Source: an uncultured Desulfurococcales archaeon (lineage in GTDB: Archaea > Thermoproteota > Thermoprotei_A > Sulfolobales > CAZCAU01). Taken from it: a DNA stretch of 64,000 bases. This document shows, piece after piece, positions 27,841 to 37,539 of the stretch. A program made the translations under genes and the position numbers. Where the stretch lies: positions 62 to 64,061 of the forward strand of contig CAZCAU010000001.1 in NCBI GenBank assembly GCA_964496855.1. The letters run 5' to 3'. The notes beneath the pieces are model-generated. The model was given only the letters and a program-made list of their open reading frames with translations. It made no database searches and had not been told where the DNA came from. Every line of letters begins with the position of its first letter. Position 1 is the first letter of the stretch.

Positions 27841-28146
27841 ATGGGAGAAAATAATCCTAAGGGTATCAAAAGATTAGTCCTAGACGTCCTTAAACCCATA
27901 AAAGAACCATCTCTTGTAGAAATGGCTGCTATTCTCAGCAATGTCAAAGGCGTTGAAGCCGTGAATATAACTGTAGAGGAAGTCGATGTAGAGACTCTAA
28001 CTCTAGAAATAGTTGTAGAAGGGCCGAACATAGATTTTGAAGAACTTAAAAGAGTTATAGAGGAGCTGGGCTCTGTTATTCATAGTATAGATGAGGTCGT
28101 AGCTGGTTCAAGGATTGTCGAGCCTAGAACTATTACTAAGAAGTAG
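27841..28146 (+). CDS. DUF211-family protein
   Basis: 101 aa. IKRLVLDVLKP...VEAVNITVEEVDVETLTLEIVVEG pattern typical of archaeal DUF211 proteins. Confidence 0.6.
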   Translation: MGENNPKGIKRLVLDVLKPIKEPSLVEMAAILSNVKGVEAVNITVEEVDVETLTLEIVVEGPNIDFEELKRVIEELGSVIHSIDEVVAGSRIVEPRTITKK

Positions 28147-28215
28147 TTAAGAACATCACACATTAAATGCAATGGTTACATAGCTACTCTATATCTAGGA
28201 GATGAGAAGCAAAAT

Positions 28216-29178
28216 ATGCTAATGTGCGATGTATGTGGAATAAATAAAGCAGTCGTGTACCAACCCCATGCTAAGAGAAGATTGTGTAAACAGTGTTTTA
28301 TCAAGGATATAAAAAGACGTGCAATAGAAGAGATAAAAAGATACAATATGCTTTCCAGTAATGATAAGGTAGCTCTGGCACTATCTGGAGGTAAAGATAG
28401 TTTTGTACTCCTAGATGTTCTCTCAGAGATCCATAGTCCATCAAAGATGTTTGCGATAACCATAGTCGAGGGCATTCATGGATATAACAAGCCCGAGTAT
28501 GTAGAGAGACTGAGAAAAGAAACCCGGGAGCGCGGAGTAGACCATATTATTATAAGCTTTAAGGAGTATATAGGTAAAACCCTTGACGAGCTTATAATAC
28601 TGGTAAGACAAAGAAATAGAGGTATATCTCCTTGTACATATTGTGGTGCCTTAAGAAGACGGATAATAAACACATATGCTAGAATGCATGGTGCAACAAA
28701 GACCGCAACCGCGCATAACCTAGATGATGAAGCTCAAACATCATTAATGAACATACTAAGAGGAGACATCATACGGTTATTAAGACAACACCCTCTCGCA
28801 CCTAGCTTTAGCAAGTATTTCGTTAGAAGAGTAAAGCCGTTGCGGAGAGTATATGAGTGGGAGACCGCGATGTATGCTTTTCTAAAAGGATACCGTACCC
28901 CCGAGACTGAGTGTCCTTATCTACATATGCATCCAACTCTAAGAGCTAAGCTGAGACAACAACTACAAGCTTTAGAGTCGAGATACCCGGGGGTTCTATT
29001 GAAGATTTTAGAGGCTACTGACCCTATAGCATATAATCTCATAGACAAAGTTTATGCACTGCCTGAGCTTCCCCACTGCACTATATGTGGTGAACCGACA
29101 TCGCATAACCGTGAGATATGTAAAGTTTGCGAACTACTTTTAGATATAGGTGTAGCTCCTGTAAAGACAAAGGCATGA
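28216..29178 (+). CDS. tRNA 2-thiolation PP-loop ATPase (Ncs6/Ctu1/TtuA family)
   Basis: 320 aa. PP-loop ALSGGKDS. N-terminal CDVC...CKQC and C-terminal CTICG...CKVC zinc-finger pairs. Central CTYCG. Confidence 0.8.
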   Translation: MLMCDVCGINKAVVYQPHAKRRLCKQCFIKDIKRRAIEEIKRYNMLSSNDKVALALSGGKDSFVLLDVLSEIHSPSKMFAITIVEGIHGYNKPEYVERLRKETRERGVDHIIISFKEYIGKTLDELIILVRQRNRGISPCTYCGALRRRIINTYARMHGATKTATAHNLDDEAQTSLMNILRGDIIRLLRQHPLAPSFSKYFVRRVKPLRRVYEWETAMYAFLKGYRTPETECPYLHMHPTLRAKLRQQLQALESRYPGVLLKILEATDPIAYNLIDKVYALPELPHCTICGEPTSHNREICKVCELLLDIGVAPVKTKA

Positions 29179-29242
29179 ATTATTTAAAAACGTCTTATTT
29201 TACATAAATATTCTTGCATAATAGGGTATAGGGGATTATCCG

Positions 29243-30394
29243 ATGACAGAACTATGGGGTAAGTTAAAGCCGCTCTCTCGAGGACAAGCTGAGATGAAGA
29301 AGGCTTTGGAAAGCCGGGAGTACGACATAGTAGGTTTGTTTGGACCTACAGGAACCGGCAAGAGCTTATTCAGTCTAGTATATGGCCTAGATATGTTGCA
29401 AGAAGGAATATACTCTCGATTCATAATATCACGACCTCTGATAGACATAGTTACTGGGAGAGAAATAACTGCAACAGATATAGGTTCGGAGAGTTATATC
29501 GAGCTAGTGTCAGCATATATGCGTGATATCTTATCAAAATTCGTAGAATGGGATACTATTAGGAAGTTCATGGATGAAGGAAAAATAGTATTTGCTGACA
29601 CAAGGTATCTGAGGGGAAGAACATTTGACGATAGCATAATCTTTCTCGATGATGCACAGAATCTATCCCCAGAAAGTGCTGTTGAGATAGTTCTTAGAAT
29701 TGGAAGTAATAGTAAGTTAATTGTGGCAGGAGACCCTATATTCCAAAAAGTCCCATCACTAACTACTGAAGGAGCCTCGGTAATTAGAGAGCTCCTGCTA
29801 GGAGAAGAAACAGCAAAGGTTGTAGACCTTGGATTAAAAGACATAGTGAGACCAGGTGCTAGGAGAGGTATAAGACTACTTTTGGAGACAAAAATGAGGA
29901 AACGTGAGCTCAACGATAAAGAGAAAGAGATCTTAGACGCCGCACGCATCTACTCGCCTGATGCAGACATAATTACAGTAGTAACGCTCAGTGATGACAA
30001 GGAGAAATTTGAAATAAAGAGTGAGCATACACCAGACGCCATAATAGTTGTGAAGAAAGGCAGTATGGGTAGACTTATAGGACGAGGCGGTGAACGAATA
30101 CAGAAAATAGAGGAGACAACAGGTATACGGTTGAGAGGTCTCGAGCTAACTCTCGACTTCAAAGAATTAGTCAGAGCTATACATCCAGTCTCCTGGATAC
30201 ATAAGCATGTGGTAGACATAGATTTTGTAGGCCCATACTTAAACATATCAGTTACTAGTGAAGGTTTTGGCGCCTTTGTGGGACAGAAGGGCTTTTACGT
30301 GAAATTCTTAGATTCTGTAGTAAAGAAGATGTTGGGAATAGGTGTAAGAGTATCGGAAGTACCTGTTCAGAAGGAGAAGCGAGGACGTAGGTAA
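29243..30394 (+). CDS. PhoH-like ATPase fused to C-terminal KH domains
   Basis: 383 aa. Walker A GPTGTGKS, plus FLDDAQN and AGDPIFQ. KH GXXG motif GRLIGRGGERIQKIEETTG and a second KH-like GAFVGQKGFYVKF. Confidence 0.8.
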   Translation: MTELWGKLKPLSRGQAEMKKALESREYDIVGLFGPTGTGKSLFSLVYGLDMLQEGIYSRFIISRPLIDIVTGREITATDIGSESYIELVSAYMRDILSKFVEWDTIRKFMDEGKIVFADTRYLRGRTFDDSIIFLDDAQNLSPESAVEIVLRIGSNSKLIVAGDPIFQKVPSLTTEGASVIRELLLGEETAKVVDLGLKDIVRPGARRGIRLLLETKMRKRELNDKEKEILDAARIYSPDADIITVVTLSDDKEKFEIKSEHTPDAIIVVKKGSMGRLIGRGGERIQKIEETTGIRLRGLELTLDFKELVRAIHPVSWIHKHVVDIDFVGPYLNISVTSEGFGAFVGQKGFYVKFLDSVVKKMLGIGVRVSEVPVQKEKRGRR

Positions 30395-30416
30395 CTAATA
30401 GGCGAGAAGAGCGCCG

Positions 30417-31607
30417 ATGAATATCCATAGGGTGGTAATCAAGGAAAAAGGGCTACAAATAGTCAGAGAAGGAATTCTCTCTATTTACTCTAAATGGGTG
30501 AAAAAAGACCCGACTATACCCAGAGGAGCGCCAGTAATCGTCGAAACCGAGAGAGGAGAAGTAATAGGTTATGGTTTTTACGAAGATATTGGAGCAATAG
30601 GTGTGAGACTTCTAGGCTTAGATGAACCGCCTTCAACAAATCCTTGTGAATGGATAACAGTGAATATTAACAAGTCTCGACATCGCAGAACTGGTATTGT
30701 ATACTGGGGTGACTCCTTCCGACTAGTAAACGCTGATGCCGATTTTTTACCAGGGATAATTGTAGATGTATATAATGACTTGGCAGTGATACAGAGTACA
30801 AGTATTTATGCAGATAAGATGCTGGATTGCATTGCTAGGTACTTGTACGAGAGTCTTGGTTATGAAGTATATGTGAAAAATACTCAGGCAATTAGAAAAG
30901 AAATAGGACTACCTATGTGGAGTGGGCCCGTCGATGACATACCATCCAAGACAAAGACGCTCATTAGGGAAGGTAATGCTATATTCGAGGTAGATGTAAA
31001 GCAAGGACAAAAAACAGGGTTTTACCTGGATCAGGCATTAAACAGGTTAGAATTAGCAGAATACATTAGTGGAGGAGAAGTTGTCCTGGACCTCTACTCG
31101 TATACTGGTGCATTTAGTATACATATGTTGTTAAAAGGAGCAGAAAGTGCCTTGTTAGTAGACGAGTCCCCGTATGCATTGCAGCAGGCTCTTGTAAATT
31201 CTAGATTGAATAACGTAGCCGATCTAGTCACGGTCATTAATACTCGTGTGGAAAACTATCTTAACAACATAGCTTCTACACGTAAGGAATACTTTGATAT
31301 AATAGTTATTGATCCGCCAAATCTAACACCCAGACTCAGCAATAAGGAAAACGCGTTAATGGTATATGAAAGATTAGCGCAAAAGACTATACAGCTAATA
31401 CGTAGCAATGGTATCATGGCAGTGTTCTCCTGCAGCTTTTATATTTCCGGAGACGACTTACTACATGTCTTTAATAATGATGCAAGAAGACAAAACAGAC
31501 AAATATTTCTTATCGGTGGTACAAAAACCGCCGCGCCTGATCATTTCACAAGACCTATTGATAGAGGCTTGAGGTATCTCAAGGGATACTTTTTCAGAGT
31601 AGAATAA
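30417..31607 (+). CDS. PUA-domain class I SAM-dependent RNA (m5C) methyltransferase, RlmI-like
   Basis: 396 aa. Motifs GQKTGFYLDQ, VLDLYSYTGAFS (SAM motif I) and IVIDPPN (motif IV). Confidence 0.75.
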   Translation: MNIHRVVIKEKGLQIVREGILSIYSKWVKKDPTIPRGAPVIVETERGEVIGYGFYEDIGAIGVRLLGLDEPPSTNPCEWITVNINKSRHRRTGIVYWGDSFRLVNADADFLPGIIVDVYNDLAVIQSTSIYADKMLDCIARYLYESLGYEVYVKNTQAIRKEIGLPMWSGPVDDIPSKTKTLIREGNAIFEVDVKQGQKTGFYLDQALNRLELAEYISGGEVVLDLYSYTGAFSIHMLLKGAESALLVDESPYALQQALVNSRLNNVADLVTVINTRVENYLNNIASTRKEYFDIIVIDPPNLTPRLSNKENALMVYERLAQKTIQLIRSNGIMAVFSCSFYISGDDLLHVFNNDARRQNRQIFLIGGTKTAAPDHFTRPIDRGLRYLKGYFFRVE

Positions 31608-31608
31608 G

Positions 31609-32529
31609 GTGATCAATATGAAGACCCGCATGATATCATTATGGGGAAAAGGAGGCGTAGGAAAATCCACTCTCTCACTAGCTCTAGGAAGCATCCTTAG
31701 CAGTCGTTACAAGACTTTGGTCATAACAACAGATCCTACCCCCACACTCAATCTAATTAGTAGATACATGTGTAATCAAAGGCTCGAGATAATAGAAATG
31801 GAAGAAAACGAAGTTATAGAGCTGTGGAAAAAAGAGTTCGGCGGCGAAGTCTACGAAGTTCTATCTTCATTCCTGCCTGTCGAACAGGATATTATTGAGT
31901 ATATAGCAAATGCTCCTGGCATAAGCGATGAATTCATACTCTACAAAGTATACTTGTACTATAAATCGGATGAGTACGATTACATAATATGGGATTTACC
32001 GGCTGCAAGCGAGGCGCTCAGGCTTCTCATGTTAGAAGACAAGTTCTACTCGCATTTAGAAGATGCAACACGTATGTTGCTTAAGATCTGGTGGTATCTC
32101 GAGAAAATACGGTTAAAGAAAAGAACTAGTGCAAATCCCTTTGAATTAATAAAATCGTGGCGAAGACTCGCAAAAGAGATATTCGATATGCTTAGAGATC
32201 ATAATCACATACCATTACTAGTCTCTCTCCCCGAGAGAGTAGTCTCTGAGTATACTACTAAGCTATATCAAGAGCTTAAGAGCTACGGTATAGATGCAAA
32301 GTTGGTTATTCTAAACATGGTCCAAAAAATGGAAACCGGTTGTGACTCCTGTGCACCCTGGATGGAGCAGAAAATGCATCAAGAAGAAGTTATAAGTGCG
32401 TTTAAAAAAGCCTTTAGTCAAAAAAGAATATTAGAAGTGCCGAGATTCACAGGCGATGTTCTCAGTATATTAGACTCCATGACCAGGTTTCTAAGACAGC
32501 ACATGGAAGAAATTGTGAGTACAGAGTAG
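31609..32529 (+). CDS. ArsA/Get3-family P-loop ATPase
   Basis: 306 aa. Deviant Walker A WGKGGVGKST. TTDPTP (DPA-like) and WDLPAASEALRLL (switch II-like). CDSC CxxC pair. GTG start 2 nt after the preceding stop. Confidence 0.7.
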   Translation: MINMKTRMISLWGKGGVGKSTLSLALGSILSSRYKTLVITTDPTPTLNLISRYMCNQRLEIIEMEENEVIELWKKEFGGEVYEVLSSFLPVEQDIIEYIANAPGISDEFILYKVYLYYKSDEYDYIIWDLPAASEALRLLMLEDKFYSHLEDATRMLLKIWWYLEKIRLKKRTSANPFELIKSWRRLAKEIFDMLRDHNHIPLLVSLPERVVSEYTTKLYQELKSYGIDAKLVILNMVQKMETGCDSCAPWMEQKMHQEEVISAFKKAFSQKRILEVPRFTGDVLSILDSMTRFLRQHMEEIVSTE

Positions 32530-32541
32530 TTAACATGTATA

Positions 32542-33366
32542 CTAGCGCTTCCCAATAATTTTACTTATCTTTTCCTCTATCGTCTTATACACAGATAGAG
32601 GCTGTCTTCCTAGATTCCACTCTTTCTTAGTATATCTCTCGCGATAAAGTATACTTGCTATCTCCAACTCTTCTTTTGAAATCATATCTATATATGGCTC
32701 GGCATGCAATAACTCGCTATAACCTTGGATAAAGCTCTCAATAAGTTCTTTATAGGTTACCCCCCTACCCAGTATATCTTGTAGTCTTGTAACCCTATAT
32801 TTCACATCTTTAATCTTTTTATCCAGAAGTTTTTTCAGAGGCACTTTGAGTACACTAGCTAGTATTGATAAATCTGTACTGACTAGTAGCGAGCCGTGTA
32901 AGAATAATGTATTCCATCTAACACTAGCCGCAGTACCTGAAATCTTTTTGTCGCCAACCACAATATCATTTATATTCTCGATACACGGTTTCACACCTAT
33001 CTTCTCTAAGGCTATTAATACTCCTTTTAACAAAGACCCATAGACATCATTAATGATGTCAGGTGATTTATCCTTAGGCTTTACTGTTATAGCATAATTT
33101 AGATTACCCAAGTCATGATATACAGCTCCTCCACCCGTGAATCTTCTAACAACAGGTATTCTAAGCTCACTGGTTTTCCTAAGATCAACCTCTTCCTCTG
33201 CAACTTGGAAGTAACCTATAACAACAGCATTCTTATTTCTCCAGAGTCTGAGAGTATCGTCTTCTATGATTTCAGCACTCCTAGCTCTAACTATGGCCTC
33301 CTCTATAGCAAGATTCATATAAGGATCTTCAGGAGTCTCAAATAAAAGTACTCTCAACTTCTTCAA
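32542..33366 (-). CDS. lplA: Lipoate-protein ligase A, catalytic subunit
   Basis: 274 aa. Motifs RRFTGGGAVYHD and VVGDKKISGTAA (lipoyl-AMP Lys region). Confidence 0.8.
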   Translation of the reverse strand: MKKLRVLLFETPEDPYMNLAIEEAIVRARSAEIIEDDTLRLWRNKNAVVIGYFQVAEEEVDLRKTSELRIPVVRRFTGGGAVYHDLGNLNYAITVKPKDKSPDIINDVYGSLLKGVLIALEKIGVKPCIENINDIVVGDKKISGTAASVRWNTLFLHGSLLVSTDLSILASVLKVPLKKLLDKKIKDVKYRVTRLQDILGRGVTYKELIESFIQGYSELLHAEPYIDMISKEELEIASILYRERYTKKEWNLGRQPLSVYKTIEEKISKIIGKR

Positions 33367-33674
33367 GACTCAGACCCCCGGGCATTCTCTATAGCACATT
33401 TTATTGTTTTAATAAAGTCCTCAACAGTGGCACCTGCAAGGACTATGTCATGTTTTGAAAACAAGTGTTTAAGCTTATAGTCGATCTCTGTCACACGTGT
33501 TCCAGTAAGCTCGTTTTCTATATCCCATAGACTCTCTTCAGGATATAGAAAGAAGTCACCTGAGATCCTGATATTCTTAATCATATCCTTTTCGAGAACT
33601 ATTGATACTCTTATGAGTCCTTTTCTAGCCTTATGCTCGCAGTAGCCGTGCAATGCTCTACCAACCTTTGGCAT
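33363..33674 (-). CDS. lplB: Lipoate-protein ligase accessory (C-terminal-domain) subunit
   Basis: 103 aa. ISGDFF motif of the LplA C-terminal domain. 4-nt overlap, located upstream of lplA as in the bipartite Thermoplasma LplA-LplB system. Confidence 0.6.
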   Translation of the reverse strand: MPKVGRALHGYCEHKARKGLIRVSIVLEKDMIKNIRISGDFFLYPEESLWDIENELTGTRVTEIDYKLKHLFSKHDIVLAGATVEDFIKTIKCAIENARGSES

Positions 33675-33826
33675 CTATTTGTTTTAGGAAAATTACTGTT
33701 AGCAAGTAAAAATCATTTTCTAGAGGGACATGTTACGATGTAAGTAAGTGTAATTAACATAAGAATAAGTGAAAAGTATTAGTTTGATATTAACATTAAT
33801 AAGAAATAGTTAGAGAGGATGCACTA

Positions 33827-34027
33827 ATGCAGCGAATCAGCGTAGCGAAAAGTATACAGAATTACGTCATTAAGCTTGTCTATGATAACAACGACTTAAT
33901 AGGAGCTATAATTGAGGGAGGACGTTTACCAAGACCATTGTATATAGCAAAGAGCGAAAAAGTAAAGTTGAATTTGCCAAAGCCTGTGAAAAAATTTCTT
34001 ATCAAGAATGGTTTCAACATAGAGTAA
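33827..34027 (+). CDS. Hypothetical small basic protein (66 aa)
   Basis: ATG-initiated ORF in an AT-rich gap. No recognisable motif. Confidence 0.3.
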   Translation: MQRISVAKSIQNYVIKLVYDNNDLIGAIIEGGRLPRPLYIAKSEKVKLNLPKPVKKFLIKNGFNIE

Positions 34028-34029
34028 GG

Positions 34030-34761
34030 CTACATAAGTATCTTAGAGATTACTTTGTAGGCATTACCGCTTTTCCTAATACTATCAAGTCCTTCTGCGG
34101 CTAGTTCTAATGCTTTTCTAGCTGTTCTAGCTAATCCTATGCCAGCTTTTATACTCTTGAGGTCTTTAATGATGTTTGAAGCTAGGTCTACTTTAGCCGG
34201 ATTTATAAAAGCTATTATATTATCGCCTCCCAGATACTGTAAGATTCCATCAAGTTCCAAAATAGTTTTTGAAAGCAGGGCGAAAAGATCCATCACGTAC
34301 ACGTATGTATCATACACGGAGAATCCTTTACTTGTATAAGAGGTAAAATCATTGACGTCGAAGTGTATAGCCGCAACACACTCGTTTTCACAACTACCTA
34401 TATACTTAAGTGAATTCATGCTAATTTTCGAGAGCATTATTGTTGCTTTTTTAACTGCATCTTGTAACGACTTATCGGAAACCGATACAGCTCTAACAGG
34501 TACAGGACTATAACCTTCGAGTACTCGTAGCGACTCCTTGATTACAGCTTCTCTCACAGAGCTAGTAATACCTATCATATAGTCGTACCTTAAAGGTAGT
34601 AGAAATGCTTGTTTTGAAGATAAGAATCTCTGTAAATTACTGTATATCCTTGCTTGTGTATCCTGTATTATGTGTTCCCTATCCCCGCCTAAGCTTTCGG
34701 TCCACTCCCTATAACCTACTAGTTCGTAAACAGTAATTCTGGTTCTACACCTAGTGTTCAT
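34030..34761 (-). CDS. arfA: GTP cyclohydrolase III / IIa family (archaeal riboflavin pathway)
   Basis: 243 aa. N-terminal ITVYELVGYREWTESLGGDREHIIQDTQARIY resembles the MJ0145-type GCH III pattern. Last gene of the rib cluster. Confidence 0.65.
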   Translation of the reverse strand: MNTRCRTRITVYELVGYREWTESLGGDREHIIQDTQARIYSNLQRFLSSKQAFLLPLRYDYMIGITSSVREAVIKESLRVLEGYSPVPVRAVSVSDKSLQDAVKKATIMLSKISMNSLKYIGSCENECVAAIHFDVNDFTSYTSKGFSVYDTYVYVMDLFALLSKTILELDGILQYLGGDNIIAFINPAKVDLASNIIKDLKSIKAGIGLARTARKALELAAEGLDSIRKSGNAYKVISKILM

Positions 34762-34792
34762 CTAGTACACTCTCATTAGGATAGAGTACTAG
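34762..34792 (-). promoter_or_regulatory. Inverted repeat abutting the arfA start codon
   Basis: The minus strand reads CTAGTACTC-TATCCTAATGA-GAGTGTACTAG followed directly by ATG. 9 pairing positions with a 2-nt bulge. Sits in the 43-nt ribH-arfA spacer. Confidence 0.3.
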
Positions 34793-34804
34793 AGGTTGGC
34801 TTGA

Positions 34805-35281
34805 TTACTCTACATACATGGTTTTATCAAGATACTTTGTGGTAGCAAGTTTTTTAATTCGCTTAGCCTGTTTAACAGCTGCCTCAACAGCCCTGCGTGC
34901 ATATTCTTCGATACGCTCCATCGCTTGAAGTCTTGTTGCACCTGGCCCGATAATGCCGAGAGCTACGGGTTTTCCATATTCTAGACTTAGATCCATTAGT
35001 TTGCGTGCTACTTGATGCGCTACGAGCTCGTCATGTTTAGTCTCGCCCTTAATTATAGCACCTAGTACCACTACAGCATCTACATCATCTCTCTCTAACA
35101 AGCTCTTTACAGGCAGTGGCGCGTCATAGCTCCCAGGCGTTTTTACTACATAGGTTACTTTGACGCCGAGAAACTCGGCATGAGAGAGTGCTTTATTTTG
35201 CATCATAGATGTAATATCGTAGTTAAACTCAGCCACTACGAGAGCTATTCTTATCTCTTCGCTCTTTGCCATAAATATCAT
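34805..35281 (-). CDS. ribH: 6,7-dimethyl-8-ribityllumazine synthase
   Basis: 158 aa. Motifs [10 protein letters not shown] and [14 protein letters not shown]. Confidence 0.9.
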   Translation of the reverse strand: MIFMAKSEEIRIALVVAEFNYDITSMMQNKALSHAEFLGVKVTYVVKTPGSYDAPLPVKSLLERDDVDAVVVLGAIIKGETKHDELVAHQVARKLMDLSLEYGKPVALGIIGPGATRLQAMERIEEYARRAVEAAVKQAKRIKKLATTKYLDKTMYVE

Positions 35282-35324
35282 TCCATTAACTATTTAGTAA
35301 TAACATGGATAAAAAGTTAAGCAA

Positions 35325-35792
35325 CTACTCTACGGGTCCTGCGTCTGGGTAACCTTGCCGCAATCCTTTGCCAGCATAGGGAGTAAGTGCCTCCCGCCCT
35401 GACGTCAGCAATAGAACTAGATTATGAGCATGCTTAGTAGCTCTATCGATAGCTATTTCCTTAAGCTTTTCCTCGCTCTCAGCCTCGTCCTCATGCACCG
35501 TTACATCAATAACGTGTTTACCATACATGATCTGTACAGCAATTATTCCCAGGCTTGCAACAACGTAGCTAAGTTTATCTGTCAGAGTCTTGCCAACCCA
35601 GCCTAGTGTTATTACTCCATCACAGCCATGTTCTACTATAAGATTCCTAGCCGCCAGAGGCAGGTCTTTTATTCCTGGTACAGTATACCTGATAATTTCT
35701 ACCTTAGGTAGTTCGCGATATAGTACCCCAATAACGTATTTCGCCATATCAACTCTCGCGAATGTTGTGTCAGCTATACCTACCTTTATCAT
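35325..35792 (-). CDS. ribC: Riboflavin synthase, archaeal type
   Basis: 155 aa. N-terminal signature KVGIADTTFARVDM typical of archaeal riboflavin synthase. Confidence 0.85.
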   Translation of the reverse strand: MIKVGIADTTFARVDMAKYVIGVLYRELPKVEIIRYTVPGIKDLPLAARNLIVEHGCDGVITLGWVGKTLTDKLSYVVASLGIIAVQIMYGKHVIDVTVHEDEAESEEKLKEIAIDRATKHAHNLVLLLTSGREALTPYAGKGLRQGYPDAGPVE

Positions 35793-36484
35793 TGTAAGGA
35801 CTCCTCATAACATTTGAGAATATCATCGCCATATAACAACACAATGTCTCTCCTCTTTGCAATAGCCTCTGCCTCCTCAAGACTTAATGCCTCGCCAGCG
35901 TCAAGCATCTCTGCTAGAACTACAGAAGGAGTTTCGCCAATAAGATTTGTTAAGACTATGGACAGCTCTGTATGACCTCTCCGTTCTAGTATATCCTTTG
36001 CTGCAAGTATTGGTACATGACCGGGTGCTACAAACTCTTCTCTAAAAATAGTGTATGCCTTATCCACCTGATTATTCTTTACTAACTCGACAACTTGGTG
36101 TAATCGTGTAATAGTTCTAGCTCTATCCTTGTCACGTATGCCGGTTTTGACACTGATATGGTTAACCCAAATAGTAAACGCTGGGCGATCACCATATCCC
36201 AGCACTTTCTCAGTTAACGATTTTAGTGAAGCTATACCGCCGTAAATTTCATAGCCATACGGGATGCCTAGTTGCCTAGTAATCTTTTCTTCTGTAGCAT
36301 AGCATATAAGTCCACCAGCGTTTACACGTAAGTCATAGATCTCTTTGTACCCAATATACTTAGCTAAATAAACCATATCTACTTCTTCTTCTCTGCCTTT
36401 ACTATCAAATATTAAGACTGGTTGGCCTTTTTTAAGTATCTTTGCTGCCTCAGTTATCTTTTTACAGCTATTTTCGCCCAACAC
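35789..36484 (-). CDS. ribB: 3,4-dihydroxy-2-butanone-4-phosphate synthase
   Basis: 231 aa. Motifs GREEEVDMV and RRGHTELSIVL. 4-nt overlap with ribC. Confidence 0.9.
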   Translation of the reverse strand: MLGENSCKKITEAAKILKKGQPVLIFDSKGREEEVDMVYLAKYIGYKEIYDLRVNAGGLICYATEEKITRQLGIPYGYEIYGGIASLKSLTEKVLGYGDRPAFTIWVNHISVKTGIRDKDRARTITRLHQVVELVKNNQVDKAYTIFREEFVAPGHVPILAAKDILERRGHTELSIVLTNLIGETPSVVLAEMLDAGEALSLEEAEAIAKRRDIVLLYGDDILKCYEESLQ

Positions 36485-37539
36485 TTATCCTCTCTATCTA
36501 AATCTATTTTGTAACTAATTAGACAAACATTAATACATGTTTTCATCCTAGTGCTTACAAGACGAAGAATAATAGAAGCTATAATGAATAATGCCACTGT
36601 TACGGCAATATATTTTCTTATAGTATTCTCTGCCCCCTCCTCAGTTAAACCCGTTTGACCACCCTCATAACCACTACTAAGTAAACTTATGTTCTCGGAA
36701 GACTCGTTATATTCTCCCGATTGCTTAGCACCAGATGGGAGAGGGCTAGAAGCGATAGTTGTATTCATTGACAGCATTATTCTCTCTACATCTATAAGGA
36801 TTATGTAGTACCAGCTAGGCACTTTAAGAACAATTGCTAGGCTTCTACCGGGCGTTAGGGCGTAATTTAATGGGAGATTACACGAGAACCTCAGAGCTAT
36901 ACTCTTTCTATGTTCTTGTATCGTGAAGAAGGTAGAGGGTATTTCGTATCTCTTATTCTTAATGAATAAGTACGAGCTAATGTATAAGAAGTCGGGCTTC
37001 ACGGGTACACCTATGTTAATTATCAGCCCTATAGACTCTATAGGACTTAATGAACAATATACACTGGTTATGCTAGTATTTGCGAGAAGGACTGAGACAT
37101 CCTCGTGTACATTGAATACTAGTATTAAAGACGAAACACCTGTAGCGTGTTTATACTCGTAAATTCTTATTGTATTATTACAATAGTGGTGAAGGTCGAG
37201 TACGAGAATAGGGTTTTTCGAAAAATTAGGATATACTGTTAAGGTGTATGTACAATTAGTTTTTATTATGTCATTGCCTTTCAGAACAATGCTTTCATTG
37301 TTATTAAGTGTAATTGTGAAATCACTAATATTATTATAAACGATCGTTGTTTTATACCCTGGTTGTACATGTAAAGCGCTTCCGGTTGTCACTGTAGTGG
37401 CTAAGGCTACTAGGAATAGTAACACTATGACGGGGATTCCGTGCTTTACTATTCTTCTATGATTAGAACTAGTTGTTTCTGGCAGCGTTTTTGATACCCA
37501 GTTATTGTAGTTGGATTCAAGAGAGTAAAAACTTGCCAT
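36454..37539 (-). CDS. Hypothetical bitopic membrane/surface protein, sequon-rich
   Basis: 361 aa. N-terminal TM (IPVIVLLFLVALATTV) and C-terminal TM (YIAVTVALFIIASIILRLV). 9 N-x-S/T sequons. AT-rich. Overlaps ribB by 31 nt and the aminopeptidase gene by 23 nt. Confidence 0.5.
   Translation of the reverse strand: MASFYSLESNYNNWVSKTLPETTSSNHRRIVKHGIPVIVLLFLVALATTVTTGSALHVQPGYKTTIVYNNISDFTITLNNNESIVLKGNDIIKTNCTYTLTVYPNFSKNPILVLDLHHYCNNTIRIYEYKHATGVSSLILVFNVHEDVSVLLANTSITSVYCSLSPIESIGLIINIGVPVKPDFLYISSYLFIKNKRYEIPSTFFTIQEHRKSIALRFSCNLPLNYALTPGRSLAIVLKVPSWYYIILIDVERIMLSMNTTIASSPLPSGAKQSGEYNESSENISLLSSGYEGGQTGLTEEGAENTIRKYIAVTVALFIIASIILRLVSTRMKTCINVCLISYKIDLDREDKCWAKIAVKR

Noticed and set aside
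33043-33060. 18-bp perfect palindrome GACATCATTAATGATGTC inside lplA.
   Set aside because: It simply encodes D-I-I-N-D-V in the lplA frame. One such palindrome is roughly expected by chance in 64 kb of AT-rich DNA. There is no second copy or adjacent regulatory context.
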